The notes under the pieces are model-generated. The model ran no database searches and was not told the DNA's origin. It saw only the letters and a list, made by a program, of their open reading frames with translations. Positions 34,281-46,230 of a DNA stretch of 64,000 nucleotides are shown here, one piece after another. The position numbers and the translations under genes are program-made. The stretch covers positions 129,148,001 to 129,212,000 of the forward strand of contig CM059431.1 in the NCBI GenBank assembly GCA_030390025.1, read 5' to 3'. Source of the DNA: Squalus acanthias (taxonomy: Eukaryota). Within the stretch, counting starts at the first letter, position 1; every line of letters starts with the position of its first letter.

Positions 34281-35339
34281 TTTTTGCTGAGTTTTTCCAG
34301 CGTTTTCTGTTGTTATTCCTTATTTTAATTGTCTGTGGAGTTTAATTTCTCAAATTTGTAGTGCTTTTTCTTAACTGTATGAAATACAATATCATTTATT
34401 TTGTGTAAAATTTACCCAATGTGCAAAACTCACCTTTAAATGTTACAGATTTACAGCAGCTACTTGATAGAAAGAGAGAACATATTAGCTTAATGTTGAG
34501 TGTAGCCTTATAATTCTTGGAGTATGTTAGTCTGAGTGAATGAGCATTAAAGCTTTTGTTTTTGGAGAAAGAAAAATTTACATATTACGCACAATACATA
34601 AGCAAAAATGAATGTGAGACAGGGACTCAAGTGGTAACAGTGGTAGTTACGATAAAGGTAAATCTATGTTGACATCACTAATTTGCAAGCCAGAACAGGT
34701 TTAACAGTAAAGGTCGTTTAGCTCTCCGTCCAAAACATTTTCCAGCACCAGATACACTTCTAACTACTCTGCCCAAAGTAATGCTAATATAAGACAAGAC
34801 ACGACCTCACAATGAATTAATGCCCTACACTCCACATTAAGTATCGATGTCCTTAGTACTGGTTACGTTTGAGAGATTACATTTTTAAAATGTAGATATT
34901 AATTTCCAGAAGCACCGATACAACCTATGCTGTTGTTATTTCTTTCCCCATTACTTCTGTCTCCTGGCATCTCCTGCCACAAAATACAAGCACAGATGGG
35001 AGCGGAAAATTGCATGCAACTACAATTTAAAACGGAGTATCACAATAGGGTGGCAAAAGCTCAGAAATACTTTGGAGAGCCTTAAAAGACATCTCAACCA
35101 ATTATTCGTTTTTGTCAAGGCTGAAAGTGCAGGGAACTAAGAGGCAGGCAAAAATTATGGGTCTGTAGATGCAGGTGTGCAGGTACCAGCTTGTGGGCAC
35201 AGAGTTTAAACTTTATGGAACTCCTTTGTAAGCGCTCCCAAACATGTCCGATAGGAAGATTCTCATTGGTGCCAGTAATGGTGCTGGGGGGAAAGAAAGA
35301 TAATTTAGAACAACTGCCACAAATGCTCAGGAGAATCTA

Positions 35340-36025
35340 AGGCCCCAATCTTGAATAGGAGCTGGTTGCATCAGTGGAGGAGCGGAGTCTCAGTCGCGAA
35401 ACCCAGAAGTGATTTCCCCGCATGCTGTGGAGTTCTGTAGGTTCCCCGCCCGGAAGTCAACCTGATTGACAGGCTTGGCTTCCAGTCGGGCGGGGATTAC
35501 TCCAGAGCAGGCTGCAACCCCAGGTAAGGAGCCTGCAGCTGCTACTGGGAGCGTAGGGAGCGGGGTCCTATCCCCAACCCAGGGATTCCGATCCTGGGGT
35601 GGAGTTCATTCCCCGACCCTGGGGTCTTTGTATAGGGGGTTCTGATGGGGCAGAGCTTGAGGGGCTGGGTGGAAGAAGTCCTGCTCCTCCTGGCCCACAA
35701 GCAGCGCTGTAAAGGCACTTACCTTCTCCCTGAAGCTGTCCTCGCCTCCCTTCAGCTGCCAGGTTTCCCGAGGCCTGGGAAACCCAGCTGGCCAGGGTTA
35801 AACCTGGAAAAGAGATTAAAGAAAGAAGGTTAAATCTGAGGCTGTCAGCCTCATTAAAATATTTAAATTTCCAACCCAACTCCTGGGAGTGCGTTAGCTG
35901 CCTCCCCTTGAACCACCATCGTTAAACCCAGAAGTGGGTGGGTTGGGGTTAGGTTTGAGACTTTTAAAGTTTTAACATCTCATTCGACTCAACTCACCTG
36001 TTTTTGGGGGTTAAGTTTCAGCCCC
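35340..36025. mobile_element. Degraded Harbinger-type MITE
   Basis: GC-rich element ending ...AAGTTTCAGCCCC. Internal motifs (cctcctggcccacaag, cttacctt, cctcattaaaatattt) are shared with 42500-43146. Confidence 0.5.
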
Positions 36026-37021
36026 AAGTGTCAGCAGAACAAAAACAAAAAAAAAGTAAAATAGTTAAGAAATGGCTAAAATACACTTACGTTTACATTA
36101 ACATGTCCTTTCCATGACCTCCAGTATACCTTCCACTGTCTATCAACCCTGGATTCCCATTTGAAATGGAAATGGTCTATGTTGGACATCCTACAGGTCA
36201 AGATGGAGAGAAGTGACGTGCAGGACAGATTCATGCCCACATTACTATTCAAGTGAGGTTGGGGACATGTCCATCCTGCGCTTCCATTTTCAATGGTGCT
36301 GTCCAACAAAGAATGTGCTGACGTGTAAAATGGGTGGAATTCCAAACGAGCTACAGCATATTTTCCAATATACATCACAACAACTTCAGACTGTGTCGTA
36401 AAATCCAGGCTACTATTCTGAATGCCACATGTAAAGTTAATTTGAGTGCATGACCCACAGAGAAAGTAGCTGATAGAAAGTATTCACAAAGGTCTGCGGA
36501 CCAAGATAATCCCCTACCTTCCCATCTCCTGTACTTTATCTGTGGAAACCACACATATCAGGTTTGACACAGAGTCGTTTTGATAATAGTTGTGATAATA
36601 TTGATGACAGCATGGCCCGATACAAAGGGTAACCTGGTGAGGAATGCCACTGAAACCTCGAAAATTGGAACCTTGCCTGGACCAGATGGATACTTATGTG
36701 ATCTGGCAGTACTGCCATAACATGTCAATGCTGGACAATCTCAAGGGGAAATTTGAGGCTATATCTGCCAGATGTCTGGCTCTGATTGTACGTGTAAATG
36801 AATAAAGGTACTTCATTCTATCGCTGCAGTAATGATAATGATGATTTGGATTTCAATGAAAATTATGAACATTAGCAGCAATCATGGAAAACTCAACAAG
36901 AAATGCAGAAAAAAGGGCTGTTAATGAAATCTAGAGGGTATTTGTCTCATATTCTTATCAAGAATAAACTTACAAACACTATTTCGTAAAAATACTTTTT
37001 GGAAAGAAAGGTTGATGCAAA

Positions 37022-38474
37022 CATACATAGATACATAGATACATACATAGAAGATAGGAGCAGGAGTAGGCCATCCGGCCCTTCGAGCCTGCTCCGCCAT
37101 TTAATGAGATCATGGCTGATCCTCCAATTCAGTATCCCGTCCCCGCCTTCTCTCCGTAACCCTTAACCCCTTTTGCCTGTAGAAATATATCTAATTCCCT
37201 CTTAAATATATTTAATGAGCTGGCGTACACTGCCCTCTGTGGCAATGAGTTCCACAGGTTCACCACCCTCTGAGTGAAGAAATTCCCCCTCATTTCTGTC
37301 CTAAATGGTTTAGCCCTTATCCTTAAATTATGTCCTCTAGTTCTGTTCTCACCCGCCAAGGGAAACATTCCTTCTGCATCTAGTCTGTCTAGACCTGTCA
37401 GAATTTTATACACTTCTATGAGGTCCCCTCTCAATCTTCTAAACTCCAGTGTGTACATCCCTAAACTACATAGTCTCTCCTCATAGTTCAATTCCGCCAT
37501 TCCTGGTATCAGCCTGGTGAATCGCCGCTGCACCCCCTCCATGGCAAGAACATCTTTCCTCAGATGAGGCGACCAAAACTGTACACAGTACTCGAGGTGT
37601 GGTCTCACCAGTGTCCTGTACAGCTGCAGCAAGGTATCCCTGTTCCTGTATTCCAACCCTTTTGCTATGAAGGCCAGCATACCGTTTGCCTTCTTGACCG
37701 CCTGTTGCACCTGCATGCTCGCCTTCAGTGACTGGTGTACAAGAACACCCAGGTCTCTCTGTACTTCCCCCTCTCCCAATTTATTGCCATTTAAATAATA
37801 ATTTGCCCTCCCGTTCCTGCACCCAAGGTGGATAACTTCGCACTTGTCCACATTATAGTGCATCTGCCATTTATCCGCCCAATCACCCAGTCTGTCCAAA
37901 TCGCTCTGGAGCTTCCTGGTCTCCTCCTCTGAGCCCACCCCCCCTCCTAGTTTAGTGTCGTCTGCAAATTTGGAAATGCTGCATCCGACTCCCTGATCCA
38001 GGTCATTAATGTAAATTGTGAACAGCTGGGGACCCAGGACAGATCCCTGTGGTACCCCACTTGTTACTGCCTGCCATTCAGAAAATGAGCCGTTTATTCC
38101 AACTCTCTGTTTTCTATCTGACAGCCAGTTCTCTATCCACGTCAATACTTTCCCCTTTATCCCATGAGCTTCAATTTTCCCTGCTAATCTTTTATGTGGG
38201 ACCTTATCGAAGGCCTTTTGGAAGTCCAGGTACACCACATCTACTGGCTCTCTCCCATCTATTTTACCAGTTACTCCCTCAAAAAATTCCAATAGATTAG
38301 ACAAGCACGATTTACCCTTTGTAAATCCATGTTGACTCTGTCCTATCCTGTCCCCATTTGCTAAGTGCTCCGCTATTTCATCCTTAATGATGGACTCCAG
38401 CATTTTGCCCACAACTTATGTAAGGCTTACAGGTCTGTAATTACCTGCTTTTTCCCTACCCCCCTTTTTGAATA
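37022..38474 (-). mobile_element. Young 5'-truncated CR1 LINE with uninterrupted RT ORF (37129-38412)
   Basis: 427-aa stop-free ORF2 portion ([31 protein letters not shown]). (TATCTATG)n tail. Confidence 0.94.
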
Positions 38475-38599
38475 CAGGAACTGAAGTGTCATCGGTCTTA
38501 ATTGTGCTGCTTTCTCCGAGTTCATATTTGGCATGAATGTATGGAAATTAAAATTCTCATTGCTCTGCACAAGTCTAATTCACAATGAAGGCTGCAGTG

Positions 38600-39363
38600 G
38601 GGCCCAGAAATTAGTCCGAATACGGGAGAGTACGCACTGTGTACTCACTCATATTCGGTCCCGAAGTGCCGGTTTCCTGCATGCACTGCGCATGCGCGGG
38701 AAACCGGCACTTCCAATATTGCGAAGGGGGCGGTTCCTAAGTGAACCGCGTGCGCACTACAGGCTGTGCGCACGCAGCACACTTAGTTTTTTTTTCAGGT
38801 TTGAACGCGAAGGTAAGTGTTGAAGATTTTACACATGAAGAAAGGCAGGCGTAAGACCCCCTTTTAACAAGGTAAGTAGTTAATTAAGTATTATTTAAAA
38901 AATTTTCAACAGGTTTATCTTTTTAGAGACTTTAAAGAAAGGTAAGTTTATTTTTATAACTTTTAAAAGGAATTTAAATTTTTTCAAAAATTTAAATTTT
39001 TGTTTAAAGTGGTTAATTTATTTAACTATAGTTATTTTATTAATGTGATGGTTTTTTTTTAATTTAATTGAGGTTTAGCTGTTCTTTTGGGGGCAAGTTG
39101 TATTCATAGCTTTGACAGGTCTTCCTGTCAAAACTATGAATGAAAGATGGTGTGCTGCCATTGGCTCTAACTGGCCCACGTGATCCCAGAGGTCGCATCG
39201 AACTAACTGCGCCTCTGGGACACGCACACACTGCGCGCCGGCACCAGGGAGAGGCCCAGGAACAGAAGTTCGTGTGGGCCAAAACCATAAAGGCAGGCGC
39301 GGAGTGCGATATCGCGGGGGATCCTTACCCCCGCGGCAACCATCGAAGTCCAATTTCTGGGCC
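38600..39363. mobile_element. Harbinger-type MITE, same family as 15071-15760
   Basis: TIRs GGCCCAGAAATT / AATTTCTGGGCC. Shared AT-rich core (aaaggtaagtttattttta...) and TTGACAG hairpin. Confidence 0.75.
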
Positions 39364-39449
39364 AATATCTATTCTGAAAATGTGCACACCACTACTTATG
39401 AAGGTAATACTGTACAATTTCAAATTAGACAGCAATATTTAGGAAATAA

Positions 39450-39730
39450 AACTGAAACTTTCTCAATTCCTGCTCTTTGCTACAATTAGTCTCAGCATCA
39501 GTTGGTTAGATAGGGCAAATTATGACTAGCATGCTTGCTCTTGATTGATATCCAGTGACCGCTGCTGGAAGTACACACTGTGGATGAGACCAGGATTGGG
39601 CTCAACTATGATGAGCCTCATAGTCAAATAGCATACCAGCATTCATTGTTCAGGCTCACACTAGAAGAATGGCTACTTGAGTAAATTATTGGGGGCATAG
39701 GCACCAGTGGAGCCATTCCCCAGCAAGGAG
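39450..39730 (+). mobile_element. Old SINE body (same family as 21930-22095)
   Basis: gctacaattagtctcagca...atccagtgaccgctgctgg...aggctcacac...ccccagcaagga. Family assignment from recall only. Confidence 0.5.
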
Positions 39731-40684
39731 GCAACATCCGCACAAGAAGAGCAAACAATGGCAGGAAAAGAAGAAACAAAAACAAAGTTTGCTCAGTTAA
39801 AGAGACCAAAAAGTACATTTTCATCTTATGCATGGCCATTACAGAGATTTGTGTGTCAGGAGCGCTAAAGGCAGAAGCTTACTGTCGAGACAATATTGAA
39901 CGAATGACATATAGAACATGTAAATGGGATGGCTTGATGCTGTATTATCTAGAAAGGGGAGTTGACAGCGGCTGGTCGGAACACAATTTATTGAATGAAA
40001 TTGCTGGTCATATTATTCCAGAAACACATTTATGATTTTTTTATATATCAGTTTAGTATGTGACTAGGAAATGAAAAATATGCCAGATGTGTTCCGATCA
40101 TTGGCTTAGTAATATTAATTTCACTGTCCAGAAGGGCTTATAAGAAATATTTGCTGAGAGCATTGAGTTAATTAAGTGCAAGTTCTGTGAAAAGAATTTG
40201 ACATCCTAGAGGGAGGCAGAATCTGCAAGGCATTATAAATCTTGAGACAATGGTGAGATTTTAAAATCAGCCTAATAAAATATTTTGACCTGCAAGATAT
40301 AATGTAGATTCATGAAACATTTGGCTAACTGTTGGCTTATATTTACTGTGTTTATTATTTCGCAGATTGCTCTGCCAACTGCAAAGGTGTCAAGTTGAAT
40401 GGTCTTGGATTTGAAAGAATGTTAAAAAGGAGTGGATAAATAATGTAAGGATAAAAGGTTCAATGAAACCATTCCAGCATAAGGAATGAGGGTGTGAGGG
40501 AAGAATCACTGAAACTGGAACATCTGTCACATTATACATATATTGAAGCTGTATGCCATTTCCAAAGGAGTCATGTGCTCTTTATAGAGCTGCTGTATTA
40601 AACTCAGATATTAGAGGAATAAATTCGAACTCTGCTATCACCAGCATGTTTACCTGGCCTCAACTATCAACTGTGCTGCCTAGT

Positions 40685-40822
40685 GGGTGAATTTCCATGG
40701 GGGTTCTCCCACTTGTCCGTGGAAGAGCTACATAAATGCTGTTTACACCATTTTATGGGTTTTCCATATATCTTTCACCTAAATTGCGGTGGACACTCGG
40801 GAGAACCGCAATGGAAATTCAC
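40685..40822. mobile_element. Short palindromic MITE
   Basis: gtgaatttccat..ggttctccc / gggagaacc..atggaaattcac inverted arms. Confidence 0.65.
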
Positions 40823-40911
40823 AAAATAAAAAGAGAAAATGCTGGAAATACTCAACCAGTCAGGCAGCATCTGTGGAGAGAGAAACAGAGTTAATGTTTC
40901 AGGTCGATGAC
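40823..40911 (-). mobile_element. Fragment of a second abundant repeat (probably another Penelope-type pLTR); related pieces at ~46487-46580 and ~34285-34320
   Basis: gaaaatgctggaaa-actca-cag-tcaggca-catc-tggagagag occurs at both main loci. Confidence 0.55.
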
Positions 40912-41329
40912 TTCACACCTCACTCTGGTGGGGTGTGAATGCACGTACGAGAATAGACACTGATGCATGAACGATACAGTAATAAAATATTTACACCTGA
41001 AATTTCTGCGGGGCTTCTCCGATCTCCCGCCAGAAGATCATCGGAAAACCCGGAGAAATAACTTAAATAGGAACTCAGCAAGATGCAAAAAAAGCAGCGA
41101 GTCAGTGTTATGGCTTGCAGTATGGTGGATCGGAGGCAGAAGCCAATTCAAAGGTTAGAGTTTGTTTATTTGCTGCTCGGGAATTAATCTTCATTCTTTT
41201 TCAGGTTGCTAAAGGAAAGGCTTTCTGCTTCGCACAGAAAATTGTTGTTGCAAGTTAATTTCTATTAAATTACTCTGGGGAGGACCTCATCAATCAACTG
41301 AGTTTGCCTTACGCGTCCCCTTGTTCCTC

Positions 41330-41600
41330 TGCTATGAGGAAGACGAGGAGGATCAAGAGAATGAGGGCAGGGAGGCCAGGCTGTCAAGTCCCGACCACAG
41401 GTACCTCATAGTGTACAGTACCAGGTGGTCTTATCTGAATAGGTGAGTAGAGTAATGCATGAGAAGGCTTCACTTTCCCCGGAGGTAATTTCAGTTGTTC
41501 CAGCTGCTGGCCCCTTACTTACAGTTCATCTCTACCAGTGTAAGTGGATTTAAATTTCTATGGCATTGGATCCTTCAAGTTTGCATCTGGAGATCTATAA
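41330..41600 (+). pseudogene. Highly degraded Harbinger transposase 5' remnant
   Basis: Residual similarity to the YP..VYR...SYL......C.RRL.F and LNFY..GSF motifs of the H2 transposase. Confidence 0.45.
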
Positions 41601-42499
41601 GTGTTTCCTATGATCCTACTGTTTCTTACCACAGTGTCTCCTCTTTGTGCCTATAATTGTGCTCCCTTGTGAGCTTAGCCTCTTACTTCTTGATGCTCCC
41701 TCAGTGGCTCCATAGCCTCTTGTGTGGCAAAAGCTGGCTCTGACAGTTTGTTCCTTTATGCTTAAGCGTCAGATGAGACTGGGGGAGACGGTACATATGA
41801 TTTATTGTCTGAGAGACAGCATCATCGTGTATGCCCAAACCTGGCAGGCCACTGGTGCTACGCACTGGCTCTGTTGGGCCATAAGTGAATGGCAGAACAG
41901 ATCAAATGATCCCAATCAAATTATTTAAATCCTGCAAAATAGCCAATTCAACACTGGGCCTCAAGGCATCTGTGGAAACACTCTCAGCTGGCATTTTAGA
42001 AAGGTACAACTACTCCAGAGTTGATTGCTTGACTGTACATACATTTCTCATGGTATCACAAATGTTGTTAGAAGACTCCTACAACTTATCCACCATCCAC
42101 AATGCATTCTGGAACACCATTTCCACTGGCTGCACATGTGGTGCATGCTCAAAATGCATCCTTCTTTTATAAACTACACCCCTGAGACCTGGATTCCTAA
42201 GAACGTCAGCCGAGGACTAGTATTTCCATACCTTCCAGTCAGCAATACCTGCCTCCTTATCCCCCATCCCTAGCTCTTCCTGCTCTATGTGTCATCCTGT
42301 ATCTCCCCTCAAGTTCACTAAATTATTCCTGCCTCCCCCCTCCCCCCATAAGTAGGTGTCTCTCGGCTGGTACATGTGAAAGCTTTGATGAATGTTTTCT
42401 GTTGTTGCACTAATATGTATGACCTGAAGCACTCATATTCTATATTGATGATAGATTTCAATATGAGGAGTTTGAGGGAATAAGCTCACTGAATCAATT

Positions 42500-43146
42500 G
42501 GCTCTGATTTTAATGGGAAGGTGGGTACGGTGCTCATGAGCCCCGAAGCAAGTGGTGCACCTGTGAAGTCCGGGCCTCATTTCCATTAAATTTCTCGGTG
42601 ACTCACCCAAATGCGGCCAAATAGTGGATCTGGCCGGCGGGCGGGAATGAGAATGAACAACCGCAGCCAGGGAACCATGGGAACAGTCCCAGCAGTCACT
42701 TAAGTTGTATGGGGGGGCTCTAAGAGCGATCGGGGGAGAGGGAGAAGTCCGAGGCAAGGAATGCCCAAGACTTCCTTATAAGGCCCAGAGGCGATCTTCT
42801 GCACCACCTGGCCCACAAGGAAACCTAAATTAAAATTTTAGAACTTCTGGCGCAGGATCCACCTCCTGGCAGGCCTAGGCTGACGGGAAAGCTGTCACTG
42901 TTCCCCCATTCAGACTTCCAACTAAAATGGCAGATCAGTTCCCGAGGATATCATCGGACCCGATCGACTTATTTAAAGAAGGACCCCCCTGCCTTCCTGT
43001 GGGTGTCCCGCTTGCCTGCTCAAAACAGCAAGTTAACATCGGGACATAGTGGGAAGGGAGTGGGATCAGAAGGGCAAAGCAGCTGCCCCCATTTTAACTG
43101 CCCACCACCCAGTTTCCGCCAGGCAGGGAGTATTATGATTGGGGTC
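42500..43146. mobile_element. Degraded Harbinger-type MITE
   Basis: Termini ggctctgattttaat / attatgattggggtc. Layout similar to 35340-36025 and 59865-60140. Confidence 0.5.
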
Positions 43147-44337
43147 ATAGAATTTTACAGCACAAATTTTACACCCTATCATGCTATACCATCTCTCTGA
43201 AAGAGCTAATCACAGTCCCATCCAACTACTCTTTTAAACATTATTATGGTTTCTGCTTCCACTAATGTTATTGGTAGGGCATTCCATGTCCTAACAGCCC
43301 TCTGCATAAAAAAATCTCTTAACCTTTCCCTTTGTTGTACTGATGATAATCTTAAGTTTATTTCCTCAAAGGCTTTCTCCTTGCAGGCAATGAGAGGACG
43401 GATGGTCAGGGTACCTCCCCCAGTGGCTGATCTATGTCACTGGTTATGGGCAACTTTCTCAGAAAGAGAGCCCATACTCTACTTGATGTAAATGAAATGT
43501 TACCCAGATGTCAGTGAGCATTGAATAATAAGGGTGCTTAACAGGAGCAGGCAAGCAGCAATTACATCTCATGAGAGCCTTTTACTATGATCCTTCATCT
43601 AAGATGAAGCTGCACTGGTAGGGGAAGAAGGATGGTTTGTTAGGTCTCGTCGTGTCTCATGATGCACATTTCTGGGAAGTAGCATATGGTGCTTAAGACA
43701 GCAAGAGCAAGGTGGTTGTAATTATGAAAGATATTTCTTACATGTCAGTCTTTTAAGGTGTAGTTGCCTCCTCTTTCCTGAGCAATTCTGGTAAGATAAC
43801 TAAACTTCTTTCTGCACTGGATTGCCATCTTCCTCTATTAAGACTGCACTATCTTTTTAGTTGACCTCTTCTTCACTGCCAATCAACTGGTCTCGCTTTG
43901 CCCCAAGTGGTACTTCAGCAGAAACATCTGTACATTTGGGGGCTCCAGTCAATGCTGCTGCTTCCTCAGACATCTTTACTGTGACTCTGCTGAGTCACTG
44001 CTGCTGCTTTTGGTGGCCTGTCTCTTTAAGCTGTTGCAGTGGCTGAAACAACAAGGATGCACAGAATTTCCCTCTCAGTCGGCGGCAGCCTGCCAATGAA
44101 AGGCAGACACAGTGCTGGGAGTATGTGCTGAATACTTCATTAACTTACCTCAGGAAAATAGGTTAGGATCACAGTGGGATTGGTCTGGTGGCCGGAAATC
44201 CTACCCTACCCCACTTCCAGCAGAAACCTCGATGAGGAAGAAAATCTAGGCCCCTTTTTGCCAACAAAGGGTTAATATCTGGGCTTGAATAGATTTTGCC
44301 AGATCCAATCGAAATGGCAGATGTCCGTAATTGGTGG

Positions 44338-44600
44338 CCGCTCAACCTTTGGTGGCCGCGCCTTCTGTTGCCGAGGCCCTAAGCACCGGAATTCCCTGCC
44401 TAAACCTCTCCGCCTCTCTACCTCTCTTTCCTCCTTTCAGACACTCCTTAAAACCTACCTCTTTGACCAAGCTTTTCGTCACCTGCCCTAATTTCTCCTT
44501 ATGTGGCTCGGTGTCAAATTTTTTGTCTGATAATACTCCTGTGAAGCGCCTTGGGACGTTTTACTACGTTAAAGGCGCTATATAAATACAAGTTGTTGAT
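44338..44600 (+). mobile_element. L2 LINE 3' end
   Basis: STFGGRAFCCRGPKHRNSLP...SSFQTLLKTYLF, then the L2 3' tail gtgaagcgccttgggac...aggcgctatataaatacaagttgttg. Confidence 0.85.
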
Positions 44601-44999
44601 GTTGTAATCTTGCTGCTGCTGAGCTTTTCCAATATGAATTCGTTAGTGGTGATGCAAGAAAATGAGCTAATCACGGCTAATCTGCGATAGTGCTCCTTTA
44701 CACTGCACAAGTGGCTCAATTGCTAATTACCCAATCTTAGTGACAACATCTTTAGCAGTGGGGAGGGCTAACTTTGCTGAATTTTGTGAGGCCAGCTGCC
44801 CCCCCTTACTTTGAATAGATCTCCTTGCATGGAAAATGTGTAGAGCGAGTCAGGTCAGCGGCACTATTGGTTTCAAGTTGCAAAATCCAGCCAGGCAGAA
44901 GCTCTTAGAGGATTGTTGCTGGCCCTTAAAAGGGAAACCATTTTTTGCACTAGCAGGAAAACCATAGCTTGTGACACAAATAGCTGAAGGAGAAATGTG

Positions 45000-45225
45000 G
45001 ACACAATTGTTCCCTTCACTGATATTGGCTTTGGGGGTCCTGCTGCAGGAGGTCCAGTAAAGGGAGGTGACTCATTTTTGAAGTAGAATGATACCCTCCT
45101 GTGAAAACAGATATCGACTGCATGGAGGGAGTAAGTCAGAGACTGAATGCAGTCTCACAGGTCCATCATACCTGGCAAGAAATGAGGAAAAGATTACCTA
45201 GTATCCGAGAAATGTCAATGTGGGT
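45000..45225 (+). pseudogene. Very degraded Harbinger Myb-like exon 1 remnant
   Basis: F.D..L..L...V and TWQEMRKRL residual motifs. Nearby Harbinger-like terminus ...AAAATTTTGGCCC (~45477). Confidence 0.4.
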
Positions 45226-46230
45226 GTACTCTCCTTTGCATACATGCTGCTCTTCATTCATGGAAGCTGTGGCCCCATTGGAAATATTTATCTTCACTGC
45301 CGAAAAGCGAGAGAATGCAGAAAACATTCTTTTCTCTGCATTATTGCATACAACAGAAGGGCACAGTTGCAGTGGGGCGCAGTAATACCTTGCAAATAGC
45401 ACTTCTACGTTCTGCTAACATAGAGCACTTACTGCTGGCTGGAACACCATACTAGCTCACTTGCAAAATTTTGGCCCAGGGAGGGAGGTGATCCAGGCAC
45501 AGGGTTACTGTTGGGAGTGCATGGAGAGTTCCTATCGTCTTCTTTACTGTATTCTGCTAACAGGCCAAGGTTGCACACAACCACAAAGAGAGGTCCAGAA
45601 CAGGCAGACAATTAGCCATCATTAAACAGCTGACATCAAAATGAAGAGATGGTCCTCATCTATTTATAGAAGCTGTAGATCGCATTAACAAAGGCATGTT
45701 TGGAAGCATGGCACCACCACCAAGCAGGTATCCTCCATTTCTTATAATTCTTCACATTCTGATTCCTATATACAATACTTTTGGGGATATATTGTAAATT
45801 GTTTTCCTTACCTTTTCCTTTTCTCTTCCCAAGGTGAGTTGACACGTAGTCTAGAACTCAGCTCCTCAAACTCTCCATACCTCAATCCTACTCTTTTCTA
45901 TTGAATTAATTCCGACATGAATTATGATTATGAAGGGCTGGCATCCCTCTATTTTCAAAAGATTTTCTACCCACTGTGTTAGGTCACTTTCCTGGCACCT
46001 GAGAGGCAGCACACCATTCAGGGCTCCTGGTCATACCTGCAAAACAGATTGTCCAACCTCTCATTAAAAAATCCTCGACAATTACCATTCTTTTATTCTC
46101 ATGACTACTGTTTCTCTTTTCTCCATGGGTAGCCATTTGCTGCACTGTGCTGTAGTGTTGCTTTTGATTACACTATCCTTGTCCTTATCATAGGTGTTGA
46201 GAATGATATAATTATTGTACAAGTCCAGAC

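Noticed and set aside
34428..34480. Possible minus-strand micro-exon ending AAAG|GTGAGT
   Set aside because: The acceptor is ambiguous and the segment is very short, so it cannot be distinguished from chance.
36076..36760. Possible host exon(s) or ORFs
   Set aside because: Multiple stops and only faint RT-like traces. More likely an ancient LINE remnant, too degraded to call.
40823..40911. Fifth hammerhead in the second pLTR-like fragment
   Set aside because: The fragment is truncated before any CUGANGA core could be seen.
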